The notes under the pieces were generated by a model. It was given only the letters and a program-made list of their open reading frames with translations, searched no databases and was not told where the DNA came from. Shown here in pieces: positions 31,192-41,162 of a DNA stretch of 64,000 nucleotides (position 1 is its first letter; each line of letters opens with the position of its first letter). This DNA is from an uncultured Nitrospiraceae bacterium (GTDB lineage: Bacteria > Nitrospirota > Thermodesulfovibrionia > Thermodesulfovibrionales > UBA6898), in the NCBI GenBank assembly GCA_963811165.1, contig CAWEQH010000004.1, positions 128,001-192,000 of the forward strand, read 5' to 3'. The position numbers and the translations under genes were made by a program.

Positions 31192-32433
31192 TTAGACAAA
31201 AAGGCTTACTACTGCCCCTGTCATGCAGGTGGCCAATGTCCCGGCCACAAGCGCCTTGATGCCGAGGGAGACCACTTCGGTCCTTCGATCAGGGACCATG
31301 CTGCCGAGTCCTCCGATCAGTATCCCGAGGCTCCCGAAGTTGGCAAAGCTGCACAGGGCATACGTCATGATAAGTCGGGACCGCGGGCTGAGCAGGGTTG
31401 CGGGGGTCTTTGCGAGTTCAATAAACGCAAGCAATTCGTTAAGGATGGTCTTTGTGCCCATCAGATACCCTGCTGTCTGCGCTTCCGCCCACGGGATGCC
31501 GAAAAGCCAGACGATGGGGGCCATGATATACCCCAGGAGCATCTGCAGTGTGACCGCCCTGCCGCCTGCCGGGGGGAGAAGGCCGAGCCCCTGATTTACG
31601 AGGTTGACCAAAGCGACGGCGACGATGAGCATAGCCACTATATTAATTAGGAGAGTGAGTCCGTCAAGGGTCCCTTTTGCGATTGCATCCATAGGGCTCT
31701 TTGCTGTCTGCTCCGGCGCAAGCATCCCGGCAGTCTGTGCGCTGGTCTCAGGTATCATGATCCGTGAGACGGTTATCGCTGCGGGGATATGGATGAGTGA
31801 AGCCGTCAGGATATGCCCCAGAGGGTCGGGGATGATGCCTTTGAGGATCGTGGAATAGAGCACCATAACAGTGCCCGCTATCGAAGCCATGCCGCAGGCC
31901 ATCAGGGAAAAGAGTTCGCTCCTTGTCATCTCGCGAAGGTATGGTTTGATCAGAAGCGGGGCTTCCACCATGCCAAGAAAGATCGTGGTCGATGCGCCCA
32001 GACTAAGCGCTCCCCCAAGGCGCAATGTTTTTTGAAAGAGCAGCGAGAACACCCTCACTATGGCCGGAAGTATTCGCCAGTAAAAAAGAAGCGACGACAA
32101 TGCCCCGACTAAAAGCACAAGGGGCAGGGCCTGAAATGCCAGCGTGTAACTCATGCCCGGACCCTTTTCGTCGAACGGCAGGGGGCCGCCTCCCAGATAG
32201 CCGAAGACGAAAGAAGTCCCTGCCCTTGTCGCTTCTTCAAGCGAAAGCACGAGCCCGTTTAATAACAAAAAAATCTGCCTGAATATGGGGATGTGCAAAA
32301 GTATTGCGGCGATAACGAGTTGTAAAACGACCCCGGCGATGATCGCCTTGTAATTGATGTTCCTTCTTTTTTCGCTGACGGCCCATGCTATCCCAATCAG
32401 CACAACCAGTCCGGCTATCCCTTGAAGATGCAT
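31192..32433 (-). CDS. Concentrative nucleoside transporter (NupC/CNT family)
   Basis: GTSFVFG, IFLGMVEAPL, KTILNE and ALCSFANFGS motifs. Confidence 0.92.
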   Translation of the reverse strand: MHLQGIAGLVVLIGIAWAVSEKRRNINYKAIIAGVVLQLVIAAILLHIPIFRQIFLLLNGLVLSLEEATRAGTSFVFGYLGGGPLPFDEKGPGMSYTLAFQALPLVLLVGALSSLLFYWRILPAIVRVFSLLFQKTLRLGGALSLGASTTIFLGMVEAPLLIKPYLREMTRSELFSLMACGMASIAGTVMVLYSTILKGIIPDPLGHILTASLIHIPAAITVSRIMIPETSAQTAGMLAPEQTAKSPMDAIAKGTLDGLTLLINIVAMLIVAVALVNLVNQGLGLLPPAGGRAVTLQMLLGYIMAPIVWLFGIPWAEAQTAGYLMGTKTILNELLAFIELAKTPATLLSPRSRLIMTYALCSFANFGSLGILIGGLGSMVPDRRTEVVSLGIKALVAGTLATCMTGAVVSLFV

Positions 32434-32671
32434 TTCCTGTCCCTCATACGATATGTCTTTTCAATCTGGAAGATACAAGCTCTATGATAAATGCGGCGCG
32501 GGAATAATTCAAATGCAGTACGGCGGATATTAGCCACAGGTATCTTTAGAAGTTTTTTGTCGAAAGAAGTAAAAAAAGATTAAGGACATTGACGGAAATG
32601 TACGATAATGGCATAAGGAGTGTGAGGCGCTAGAAAAACTGCGGCGGTTGACAAAAGGGAAGGGGGTTGAG

Positions 32672-33004
32672 ATGTATTATTCGCGGGACAGAATTTTGCT
32701 CTGCAATGTCTGCAAACGGGAATACACTTCTTTTCATTTTGAGGCCAGACCCGGACTTAAGGTCTACGTCTGTGAGAACTGCCTCGACTCGGCAAAGTCC
32801 AATTTTGTCTGGATATGCCTTAACTGCGGAAATTCCTATCAGCGGGCAAAGGAAGTAGTCATGGGCAGGATCTGCGATTACGGCGTCAAAGAGGCGTCTT
32901 TCCTTTGCGATAACCAGATCATCCAGGGGATTGAGTCCTGTATACATTGTAATCCCGAACTCATAGTGGAGTATTCGGGCAAGTTGCGGGAATGCGTTTT
33001 GTGA
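32672..33004 (+). CDS. Cys-rich hypothetical protein
   Basis: Four CxxC motifs: CNVC, CENC, CLNC, CIHC. Confidence 0.7.
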   Translation: MYYSRDRILLCNVCKREYTSFHFEARPGLKVYVCENCLDSAKSNFVWICLNCGNSYQRAKEVVMGRICDYGVKEASFLCDNQIIQGIESCIHCNPELIVEYSGKLRECVL

Positions 33005-33125
33005 CCGGAAGGTAACCCGGCCCCCTGACTGTTTTTTACCCCGTTAGGAGACTTTGACTTCTCACGGGGTTTACAAACATTTTTCTTTTATTTATCATTG
33101 TACATATGCGAAAAGGACTATCCAC

Positions 33126-34859
33126 GTGAAGACCCTCCGGCTTGCCCTTGCCCAGATCAATCCCACGGTAGGAGACCTCTCCGGCAATTCAAAAAAGATC
33201 CTTGAATATGTGAAAAAAGCGAAACGAAAAAAAGCCGATATCGTTGTCTTCCCCGAGCTTGCGGTGACGGGGTACCCCCCTGAGGACCTTGTGCTGAAGC
33301 CCCAGTTCATCTCCGATAACATGGCCGCCATAAAAAAGATAAGCCTCGGGGTATCAGGGATAGTAGTGGTAGCGGGTTTTGTCGACCGTGGGGAAGGCGG
33401 AGATATTTATAACGCCGCGGCCCTTATTGCTGACGGCAAAATCAAAGATGTCTACCATAAGATGCTGCTTCCGAATTACGGGGTCTTCGACGAGTTCAGA
33501 TATTTCAGGCCCGGCAAAAGGTCCCCGGTTTACCATATCGGCGGGGCGAAGGTCGGGATCAATATCTGCGAGGACATCTGGCACAGGGAGGGGCCGGCGC
33601 GCATGCAGTCCCTCGCCGGCGCCGAGCTGATACTAAACATAAACGCCTCACCTTACGAGCGGGGAAAACCGGAGACCCGGGAGAAGGTTCTTTATGAAAG
33701 GACGACCGAGAACTCCGTGATGATAGCATATGTGAACACGGTCGGCGGCCAGGACGAGCTGGTATTCGACGGGCTGAGCATGGTCTTTGACCATAGGGGC
33801 CGCAGGATAGCCAGGGGAAAGCAGTTTGAAGAAGAGTTGATGTTTGTCGACGTCGACCTCGATGAGGTAAGAAGGTTCAGAAGAGAAAAGGCACGGAAAA
33901 GGGGACGCGTGCCCGAGGCCCGGACCTGCCCTGCAATGAAGGTGCGGATTTCTTCGGCTGAATATTCCGACCGCAGATCCATGCCCTGTCCGGTGGAGCC
34001 CCGCCTGGTAAAGGATGAGGAGATCTACAGGGCGCTTGTACTGGGTACTGCCGACTACGTAAGGAAAAACGGCTTTAAAGGGGTTGTTATCGGCTTAAGC
34101 GGCGGGATCGACTCTTCGTTAGTTGCGGCGTTGGCCGTCGATGCGGTCGGGAAAGAAAACGTGACCGGGCTTTTTATGCCGTCACAGTTTACCTCACGGG
34201 AAAGCAGGGAAGACGCCTTTGAGCTTGCATCAGGCTTAGGCATTGCCATAAAAGAAATCATGATAAGCCGCGTCCTTGAGGGATATCTGAAGGAGCTTAG
34301 TCCGCATTTCAAGGGGAGAGGAAAGGACATAACCGAGGAGAACCTCCAGGCCAGGATAAGAGGGAACCTCCTCATGGCCTTTTCGAACAAGTTCGGTTGG
34401 CTCGTCCTAACGACCGGGAACAAGTCGGAAATGAGTGTGGGATACGCCACTCTCTACGGCGACATGGCGGGCGGGTTTGCGGTCATCAAAGACGTGCAAA
34501 AGACGCTTGTGTATGACCTCTGCAGGTGGAGAAATTCCGTAGGCAAGGCCCCCGTGATACCTGCGAGGGTCTTGGTGAAAGAGCCGACTGCGGAACTCAG
34601 GCCCGGACAGAAAGATACCGACACGCTCCCGCCCTATGAGCTCCTGGATCCCGTGCTTAAGGCCTATGTCGAGGAGGAAATGAGTTTTGAGGAGATCGTG
34701 AAGCTGGGCTGTGACGGCGAAAGTACGCGCAAGGTCATACGCATGGTGGATAAGAGCGAATATAAGCGGAGGCAGTCGCCGCCGGGCGTCAAGATCACCG
34801 GCAGGGCGTTTGGCAGGGACAGGCGCTTCCCGATAACAAACAAGTACAGGAGCTACTAA
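33126..34859 (+). CDS. nadE: Glutamine-dependent NAD+ synthetase
   Basis: Nitrilase domain (FPEL, ICEDIW) plus GLSGGIDS, ENLQARIR and TGNKSE. Confidence 0.96.
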   Translation: MKTLRLALAQINPTVGDLSGNSKKILEYVKKAKRKKADIVVFPELAVTGYPPEDLVLKPQFISDNMAAIKKISLGVSGIVVVAGFVDRGEGGDIYNAAALIADGKIKDVYHKMLLPNYGVFDEFRYFRPGKRSPVYHIGGAKVGINICEDIWHREGPARMQSLAGAELILNINASPYERGKPETREKVLYERTTENSVMIAYVNTVGGQDELVFDGLSMVFDHRGRRIARGKQFEEELMFVDVDLDEVRRFRREKARKRGRVPEARTCPAMKVRISSAEYSDRRSMPCPVEPRLVKDEEIYRALVLGTADYVRKNGFKGVVIGLSGGIDSSLVAALAVDAVGKENVTGLFMPSQFTSRESREDAFELASGLGIAIKEIMISRVLEGYLKELSPHFKGRGKDITEENLQARIRGNLLMAFSNKFGWLVLTTGNKSEMSVGYATLYGDMAGGFAVIKDVQKTLVYDLCRWRNSVGKAPVIPARVLVKEPTAELRPGQKDTDTLPPYELLDPVLKAYVEEEMSFEEIVKLGCDGESTRKVIRMVDKSEYKRRQSPPGVKITGRAFGRDRRFPITNKYRSY

Positions 34860-35044
34860 TGGAAGAAGAGCTGAGGGTTTGTCTGAGCTGCAATTATGAG
34901 AAGGGATTCCATATCTGTTTCAAAAAGGTCAGGGGACGGGTCCGGATATGTCTCGTCTGTCCGAACTGCGGTCAGTCGTATGATTTGGGCTGGTCGACCT
35001 CGGCCATCAAGTCATTTAAGACTAAACCGGGGGTGATCTATTGA
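34859..35044 (+). CDS. Small zinc-ribbon protein
   Basis: CLSC...GFH...CPNCGQSYDLGW; overlaps the nadE stop. Confidence 0.7.
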   Translation: MEEELRVCLSCNYEKGFHICFKKVRGRVRICLVCPNCGQSYDLGWSTSAIKSFKTKPGVIY

Positions 35045-35298
35045 TGAGGCCGACGCATATCCTTCTTGCCGCGACCCTGCTGTTTTTTTCGGCTTCTTCC
35101 GCCTATCCTCTGGATAAGAAGGAGGCATTCCCGGTCAAAAAACAGCCCGAACTCCAGCAGATAAAACCGAAGAAGCCCGTCAAGATCAAGCTAAAGAGGA
35201 CCGCCAAGGACGAATACAGTTGGGAACTCAGCGGCGACGACGCGGATGATATCGTCAGGACCGACCAGCGGCTGAGAAAGATGCTGAATGTCAAATAA
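35044..35298 (+). CDS. Small exported hypothetical protein
   Basis: Signal-peptide-like N-terminus; operonic position. Confidence 0.65.
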   Translation: MRPTHILLAATLLFFSASSAYPLDKKEAFPVKKQPELQQIKPKKPVKIKLKRTAKDEYSWELSGDDADDIVRTDQRLRKMLNVK

Positions 35299-35322
35299 CG
35301 CGCCCGGCCTTCTCAAATAGAC

Positions 35323-36153
35323 ATGCCCAAGGGTACGCTCTACATTGTATCTACTCCCATAGGAAACCTCGAGGACATCACCTTTCGCGCTATCCGGATA
35401 CTCAAAGAGGTCGACCTGATCGCAGCCGAAGACACCAGGCACACGCTTAAGCTCCTGAACCATTACGGCATAGCGAAGCCCCTGATCAGCTACTGGGGGG
35501 AAAGAGAAAAGGCCAAGGCCGAAGAGGTGATCGACAGTCTCGGCAACGGCAACTCGGTCGCACTCGTCTCCGATGCGGGTACGCCGGGCATATCCGATCC
35601 GGGCAGTGTCCTCATCAGAAGGGCGCTTGAGGAGGGTATCGAGGTGGTGCCGATCCCCGGGCCAACGGCCATGATCGCCGCGCTTACCATATCGGGGTTT
35701 TCAACCGAAGAGTTTGTCTTTTGCGGGTTCCTGCCTGCAAAACAGTCGCAAAGAAGGAAATTTCTTGATGAACTGAGTCTCGAGAAAAGGACGGTCGTCA
35801 TATACGAATCCCCGCACAGAGTCCTTGAATCCATGGCGGAAATTTCCGGTATATTCGGCAACAGGAGGATGGTCCTCGCCAAAGAGATTACGAAGCTCTA
35901 TGAGGAGGTCATAAGGGGGACGGCAGGTGAGGTGTTTGAGCGTCTTGAGGACTCAAAGATTGTGGGAGAATACGTCCTGGTCATCGAAGGCAGGCAGGAG
36001 GTCGAAAGCGGCCCGCGGGAAGGAGACGCGATAAAGGAGATCAGATCCCTTATGAGAAAGGGTCTCGGCAGAAAAGAGGCGGTCAAACGTGTTGCGGAGC
36101 AGTACGGACTGAGCAGAAAAGAACTGTACGACCGGAGTCTCGAAGGAGAGTAA
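35323..36153 (+). CDS. rsmI: 16S rRNA (cytidine1402-2'-O)-methyltransferase
   Basis: TPIGNLEDIT, AEDTR, SDAGTPGISDPG and YESPHR motifs. Confidence 0.96.
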   Translation: MPKGTLYIVSTPIGNLEDITFRAIRILKEVDLIAAEDTRHTLKLLNHYGIAKPLISYWGEREKAKAEEVIDSLGNGNSVALVSDAGTPGISDPGSVLIRRALEEGIEVVPIPGPTAMIAALTISGFSTEEFVFCGFLPAKQSQRRKFLDELSLEKRTVVIYESPHRVLESMAEISGIFGNRRMVLAKEITKLYEEVIRGTAGEVFERLEDSKIVGEYVLVIEGRQEVESGPREGDAIKEIRSLMRKGLGRKEAVKRVAEQYGLSRKELYDRSLEGE

Positions 36154-36159
36154 CGCATT

Positions 36160-37686
36160 ATGCTCCTCCATCGTCATTTCATCCGGATCGCCAGGAGGTT
36201 CGGCGGCAAACTCGCATTTATCGACAGGAGTGCCGATAAGCGTATCACGTATTCAAAGGCCCTCATCGCCTCTCTTATTCTCGCCGAGAAGTTCAGAAAA
36301 TATGAAAAGGGCTGTGTAGGGATCATGATCCCTACTTCGGCCGGCTGTTCTTTGTCGATCCTCGGCGCACTTATGAGCGGAAGGACGCCGGTGATGATCA
36401 ATTATTCAACGGGTGCGGACCGTAACTGCAGGTACGCCCAGAGGAAGTGCGGTTTCAAGACGATCGTTACTTCGAAGGCGCTTCTTGAGAAGATTAATTG
36501 CCCTTTGGTTGACGGGATGGTCTTCATCGAAGACATCATGGCCGGCGTTTCGGCAAAGGACAAGATAAAGGCCGCGCTCGTCTCGAAATTGCCTTTGCCT
36601 CTGTTGCTCGGAAAATTCCGTTTCGGGGGAGAGGAAGATGATGGCGTGGTTCTCTTTACGAGCGGCAGCGAAAAGGACCCGAAGGCCGTGCAGTTGAGTC
36701 ATCGCAATATCTTTTCGGATATCAGGAGCTTCAGCGAAGTCGTAAGCCTTTCTAGTAAAGACAGTATACTCTCCAATCTCCCGCTCTTCCATGTCTTCGG
36801 CCTTACTATCAACATGTGGACCCCGCTTTTTCACGGGATGACGGTCGTCACCTATGCAAACCCGCTCGATTACAAGGCGATCTGCGACATCATAAGGGAA
36901 GAAAAACCCTCTATAATGGTCGGTACCCCAAGTTTTTTATCGGGATACGTGCGAAAGTCCGAGGCCGGCGATTTTAACAGCCTGCGTCTTGTCTTTTGCG
37001 GCGCCGACAAGTGTCCCGATGCTCTACGGGATGAGTTTTTTAGGCGGCACGGCATCACGGTGTATGAGGGATACGGGGCGACCGAGACATCGCCCGTGAT
37101 CTCGGTAAACACGCCCGACCAAAACAGACCCGGCAGTATCGGCAAGGCGCTTCCGGGAGTGCAGGTGAGGATAGAGAGCTACGAAACCGGCGGGGCCTGC
37201 GGGCCGGGGGACACGGGGAGGATCCTCGTAAAAGGCGCCATTGTTATGAAGGGTTACTTCAATGACTCAGAGGAAACATCTATGCGTATCCGGCACGGTT
37301 GGTACGACACCGGCGACATGGGTTTTATCGACGAAGACGGGTTTCTTTGGCATGCCGGGAGGCTCAGGAGATTTGTAAAGATCGGCGGGGAAATGGTCTC
37401 ACTCGTGAACGTGGAAAACGTCATGGAAAAGTTCCTGCCGGGAGACGTATCCTGCTGTGTGGTCGATGCGCCGGACCCGATCAAGGGCGCAAGGGTCGTT
37501 GCTGCGGTAACGAAGCCGGTAGACGAGAAGAAGATCCTGAAACAGATGACCGAACATATTTCGAATATCGCGCTTCCGAGGCGGATGGTGGTCATAGAAG
37601 AACTCCCCAAGATGGGAAGCGGGAAAATAGATTTCAGGACTGTGACGGAAATGGTGAGCGAGCGGTTGCAGAAAGAGTGCCCTTAA
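36160..37686 (+). CDS. AMP-binding enzyme, Aas C-terminal-like acyl-ACP synthetase (stand-alone)
   Basis: FTSGSEKDPK, EGYGATE, WYDTGD, KIGGEMVSL and GSGKID motifs. Confidence 0.88.
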   Translation: MLLHRHFIRIARRFGGKLAFIDRSADKRITYSKALIASLILAEKFRKYEKGCVGIMIPTSAGCSLSILGALMSGRTPVMINYSTGADRNCRYAQRKCGFKTIVTSKALLEKINCPLVDGMVFIEDIMAGVSAKDKIKAALVSKLPLPLLLGKFRFGGEEDDGVVLFTSGSEKDPKAVQLSHRNIFSDIRSFSEVVSLSSKDSILSNLPLFHVFGLTINMWTPLFHGMTVVTYANPLDYKAICDIIREEKPSIMVGTPSFLSGYVRKSEAGDFNSLRLVFCGADKCPDALRDEFFRRHGITVYEGYGATETSPVISVNTPDQNRPGSIGKALPGVQVRIESYETGGACGPGDTGRILVKGAIVMKGYFNDSEETSMRIRHGWYDTGDMGFIDEDGFLWHAGRLRRFVKIGGEMVSLVNVENVMEKFLPGDVSCCVVDAPDPIKGARVVAAVTKPVDEKKILKQMTEHISNIALPRRMVVIEELPKMGSGKIDFRTVTEMVSERLQKECP

Positions 37687-37744
37687 TGAGGTATCATTTG
37701 AGAAAAAAATATATCCGAGAATTGTTTTGTAAGGAGCTATAGCT

Positions 37745-38866
37745 ATGTCAAAGGTCTATTTTGCATCTGCGAGGGTGAAAAAGTGGAGATACGAAGACAG
37801 CATGCCCGGCAAACTCGACATGCTTCTTAAGAAACTTGGCCTGATGGACTATTTCAGCCCTGATGAATGGGTCGCGTTGAAGACGCACTTCGGTTCCGAT
37901 GGCGCCCACAGGATCGTGAGGCCTGTATTTTTAAGAAAGATCGTGGAGTCCCTTAAAAGGATAGGGGCCAAACCCTTTGTGACGGATACGGTGCGCATAA
38001 AGGGACTTGACTATCTCGAGGTCGCCAACCAAAACGGCATAAACCACCTTTCGGTAGGTGCGCCTGTCTTACTTGCCGACGGCCTATACGGGAACGACAA
38101 CATCATGGTGAAGGCCGGAGAAATACTTGGCGAGGTCGCTGTGGCCTCAGTGATCCACGATGTCCCGGCTATGGTTGTCTGCTCCCATGTCAAGGGACAT
38201 ATCAACGCAGGGTACGCCGGGGCCATCAAGAACCTGGCGATGGGGGGGGTAAGCGCCAACCATCGCACCTGCGGGTGGAAGTGCGGGAGGGGATCGATGC
38301 ATACCATCGGCGAGGGCGAGCTTGTATGGGACGAGAATAAATGCGAGCTTTGTTATCAGTGCCGGGACATATGTCCGATGGATGCCATTGAATTCAAGGA
38401 GGGCGAACTGGTATGGGAAGGCGATAATTGCTGGAGGTGCGGCAGGTGCGAAAGGGTCTGCCAGTCGGAAGCCCTCACCATCGCCGGAGATGACAATAGG
38501 TTTATGAAATCCCTGGCAGAGGCGGCCGGAGCAGTCCTGAGCACCTTCGGTGAAAAGAAGGTGGTCTTCATTAATTTTCTTACCGAGATTCAGCCCGAAT
38601 GTGACTGCATGCCGGCAGCGGAAGTTCCGGTCATGCAGGATGCCGGAATCCTTCTTTCGGACGACCTGGTCTCGATAGAGCAGGCGAGCATAGACATCCT
38701 TCTCAAGTCGGAGCCCTTGCCCGGCTCCCTTGCATCCGACAAAAAGATCGGACCGGGTGAGGATATACTGATGAAAATCCATAATAAGCCTTATATCCTA
38801 CAGGTGGAGGAAACAGAAAGGCTTGGACTTGGCACAAGGAGTTATGAACTGATCGATCTGGAATAA
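37745..38866 (+). CDS. DUF362 family Fe-S protein with ferredoxin insert
   Basis: KTHFG, HVKGH...GAIKNLAMG, two CxxCxxCxxxC motifs and CDC. Confidence 0.85.
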   Translation: MSKVYFASARVKKWRYEDSMPGKLDMLLKKLGLMDYFSPDEWVALKTHFGSDGAHRIVRPVFLRKIVESLKRIGAKPFVTDTVRIKGLDYLEVANQNGINHLSVGAPVLLADGLYGNDNIMVKAGEILGEVAVASVIHDVPAMVVCSHVKGHINAGYAGAIKNLAMGGVSANHRTCGWKCGRGSMHTIGEGELVWDENKCELCYQCRDICPMDAIEFKEGELVWEGDNCWRCGRCERVCQSEALTIAGDDNRFMKSLAEAAGAVLSTFGEKKVVFINFLTEIQPECDCMPAAEVPVMQDAGILLSDDLVSIEQASIDILLKSEPLPGSLASDKKIGPGEDILMKIHNKPYILQVEETERLGLGTRSYELIDLE

Positions 38867-38903
38867 AAAAAAGTGCTGCTGCCCGTGGGATGTGGGCAGC
38901 AGC
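38865..38903 (-). terminator. Intrinsic terminator (U-tract on minus strand; may act bidirectionally)
   Basis: GCTGCTGCCC/GGGCAGCAGC stem with A8 on the plus strand to its left. Confidence 0.7.
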
Positions 38904-39209
38904 TTAGGGGAGGTAACGAGGCGCTTAATAACTATATGAAACCAGACTTTATGGGTGATGTCAAGTAAAAAAAATAGATAACCTATAAATTATAACTTTA
39001 GCTTCTGTGAGTAGCTTTTCAAGGTAGCCCCGCGTATCGGGAGCCTTTTCCGCCTCATCCCTGCGCCGGGTACGGTTTACCTTCTAAAGACGGTATTCTC
39101 ACATGTACCCTTCTTTCTTCAATTATTTCAAAGAGTTCCGGGCTCTTTTTTCCGCACTTGGCGTAATTGATCTGTTGTAATTTGAAATAATATTGATTAT
39201 GCTACTCCT

Positions 39210-39878
39210 ATGTTTGATGTAAGGCAGATTGCGATCTTCAATACCCTGAGTGCTGAGGAGGCAGGGGAGATTTCCCCCTACTTTCTGGCGGGGAGGTTCA
39301 GAAAGAAAGAGGCCATATTTTCAGAGGGGGACTCCTCTGAATGGTTTTACATCGTCAAGAAGGGAAAGGTCAAGATCACCAAGCTCTCGCACGATGGCAA
39401 AGAGATCATCCTAGAAATCATCTCCCCCCTGGATTTCTTCGGGGGCATCGCGGTCTTAAGAGGCTTCCCTTATCCTGCCAATGCAGTAGCGATGGAGGAC
39501 ACGGAGGTGCTGAAGATATCCCGGAAGAACCTGATGCGAGTCATCGACAGGTTCCCCAACCTCATGTACTGCATGGCAACGAACATCGGCGACAGGATAA
39601 AAGGATCCCATGAGACGCTCAAGAGCATCGCCCTCGAAAAAGTCGAATCCAGGATAGCCTCGCTTCTCATCAAGTTATCCGATAAGGCCGGGGAAAAGAC
39701 CCCGGAGGGGACGGCGATCAATATGAAGCTTACCAAGCAGGACATCGCAGAAATGGTTGGGACAACCGTCGAGACATCGATACGCACCATGAGCAAACTG
39801 TCGAAGGCTGGACTGGTGAGTTCGAAGGCAGGCAGGATCGTTATTAGGGACCTTGAGAGACTTAAATCCCTGACTTAG
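39210..39878 (+). CDS. Crp/Fnr family transcriptional regulator (HcpR/Dnr-like, no FNR Cys cluster)
   Basis: cNMP-binding-like domain (GKVKI, YPANA) plus HTH LTKQDIAEMVGTTVETSIR. Confidence 0.92.
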   Translation: MFDVRQIAIFNTLSAEEAGEISPYFLAGRFRKKEAIFSEGDSSEWFYIVKKGKVKITKLSHDGKEIILEIISPLDFFGGIAVLRGFPYPANAVAMEDTEVLKISRKNLMRVIDRFPNLMYCMATNIGDRIKGSHETLKSIALEKVESRIASLLIKLSDKAGEKTPEGTAINMKLTKQDIAEMVGTTVETSIRTMSKLSKAGLVSSKAGRIVIRDLERLKSLT

Positions 39879-40159
39879 CAGGAAGGCATCGGTCGTCCCA
39901 TTGGAGGGTACTTTATAGCTTTCCCTCTTGCAGGAGTTTCAGCAGTGCCTTTGCATATCTGGACGAAAATGAGAATATACGTTCATCTCTATGCTCTTAT
40001 TGAAGAACTCCTTGGCACCTTTTATATCTTTTCAATAAGTAATAATATGCATCACAAAGTCTGTGTTGCACCGCTTTTTCATTCTTGCCGTTTCGCGCCC
40101 CAGCAAGCAATTTTGTGTCCGTAAAGTCCTCCATCAGGTAATATTTCGAGATGGTCCTT

Positions 40160-40567
40160 TCAATGAGCCGCCTTAGGCAGAAGCGTTGCCATCATATTGT
40201 AAAGGAAGAGCGCGATGGAGAAGACCTCGACTACGCCGAAGGTTACCGATAACATCTTGTAGGCTTGAGAAGGGTTGTAGACCCCCAGGGCATAGAAAAG
40301 GAGCATGCCGATAAGCCCTATGTTTGCGGTCCAGAACTGCAGTTCCCCAATTTTCGGATATTTAAGAGGCCTGCCCGAAAACCTCGGCAATACGTGATAG
40401 CCGACGCCGTATATCATCATCGATACCCAGCCAAGCAGGTTCAGATGTGAATGCACGAACTTCAGGGACAGCAGTGATTCGTTCCATAACATGCACACGC
40501 CAAGGACGGAAGCGGCGCCAAGATAGACGATGCTTATGATGATAAAGTTTCTTACAAAGCGGTCCAT
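40160..40567 (-). CDS. Small four-helix membrane protein resembling a heme-copper oxidase subunit I fragment
   Basis: VHSHLNLLGWVSMMIYG...YHVLPRF motif; AGGAGG-like RBS before ATG 40567. Confidence 0.75.
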   Translation of the reverse strand: MDRFVRNFIIISIVYLGAASVLGVCMLWNESLLSLKFVHSHLNLLGWVSMMIYGVGYHVLPRFSGRPLKYPKIGELQFWTANIGLIGMLLFYALGVYNPSQAYKMLSVTFGVVEVFSIALFLYNMMATLLPKAAH

Positions 40568-40629
40568 AATTCCTCCTCTTTTTCTTTTAAAGGTTGAATA
40601 AAAGTATATCTCCATATTTGGTGTTGTTC

Positions 40630-40645
40630 TATGACGCTTGTCATA
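40630..40645. promoter_or_regulatory. Crp/Fnr-type palindrome in divergent promoter
   Basis: TATGAC-gctt-GTCATA (TGA-N6-TCA core). Confidence 0.6.
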
Positions 40646-40703
40646 AACTTTCGTCCCCCGCTGTTTTATACTCTTAGTGAGAACAAAAAATAAGGAGGAC
40701 GAT

Positions 40704-40934
40704 ATGAACGCGACAAAAAAACTTGTTACGAAAGATTCGGTCATAGGTGAGGTGATCAGGGAAAACCCTGGGGCCAGGGATGTGATCCAGAAATATTTCG
40801 GGGGAGGGTGTTTCACCTGTCCCGGTATTAATATGGAATCAATATCCTTCGGTTCCATGATGCATAACCTCGATCCTGAGAAGATCGTCAAAGAGATCAA
40901 TGAGCTGCCGGATTTACCCGGCTCGCCGGAATAA
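40704..40934 (+). CDS. DUF1858 domain protein
   Basis: IGEVI...P...GCFTCP...ESI...H.LD pattern; AAGGAGG RBS. Confidence 0.82.
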   Translation: MNATKKLVTKDSVIGEVIRENPGARDVIQKYFGGGCFTCPGINMESISFGSMMHNLDPEKIVKEINELPDLPGSPE

Positions 40935-40948
40935 GGAGGAACAACGAT

Positions 40949-41077
40949 ATGTCGGCAAAATGTTTTCTCTGCGGTGTTACTGACAAAGAGAGGGTCTGCT
41001 TGAAATGCGTCTCGGAAGGCGTCGAAAAATTTGTCTGCGTAAGGTGCTTGCCGGTCCTCATTCACGGCGGACATTGA
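40949..41077 (+). CDS. 42-aa Cys-rich microprotein, not in ORF track
   Basis: AAGGAGG RBS; MSAKCFLCGVTDKERVCLKCVSEGVEKFVCVRCLPVLIHGGH. Confidence 0.75.
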   Translation: MSAKCFLCGVTDKERVCLKCVSEGVEKFVCVRCLPVLIHGGH

Positions 41078-41162
41078 TTTATTATAGCGGCCCGCCTGAG
41101 TGTTTTTAAGGAGGCAGGAGGGACCATTGAGCCTGCCTCCGGCCGTTATGGTAAAATCGGCT

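Noticed and set aside
39890..40157. Possible decayed TPR-like ORF on the minus strand
   Set aside because: No continuous frame or convincing motif
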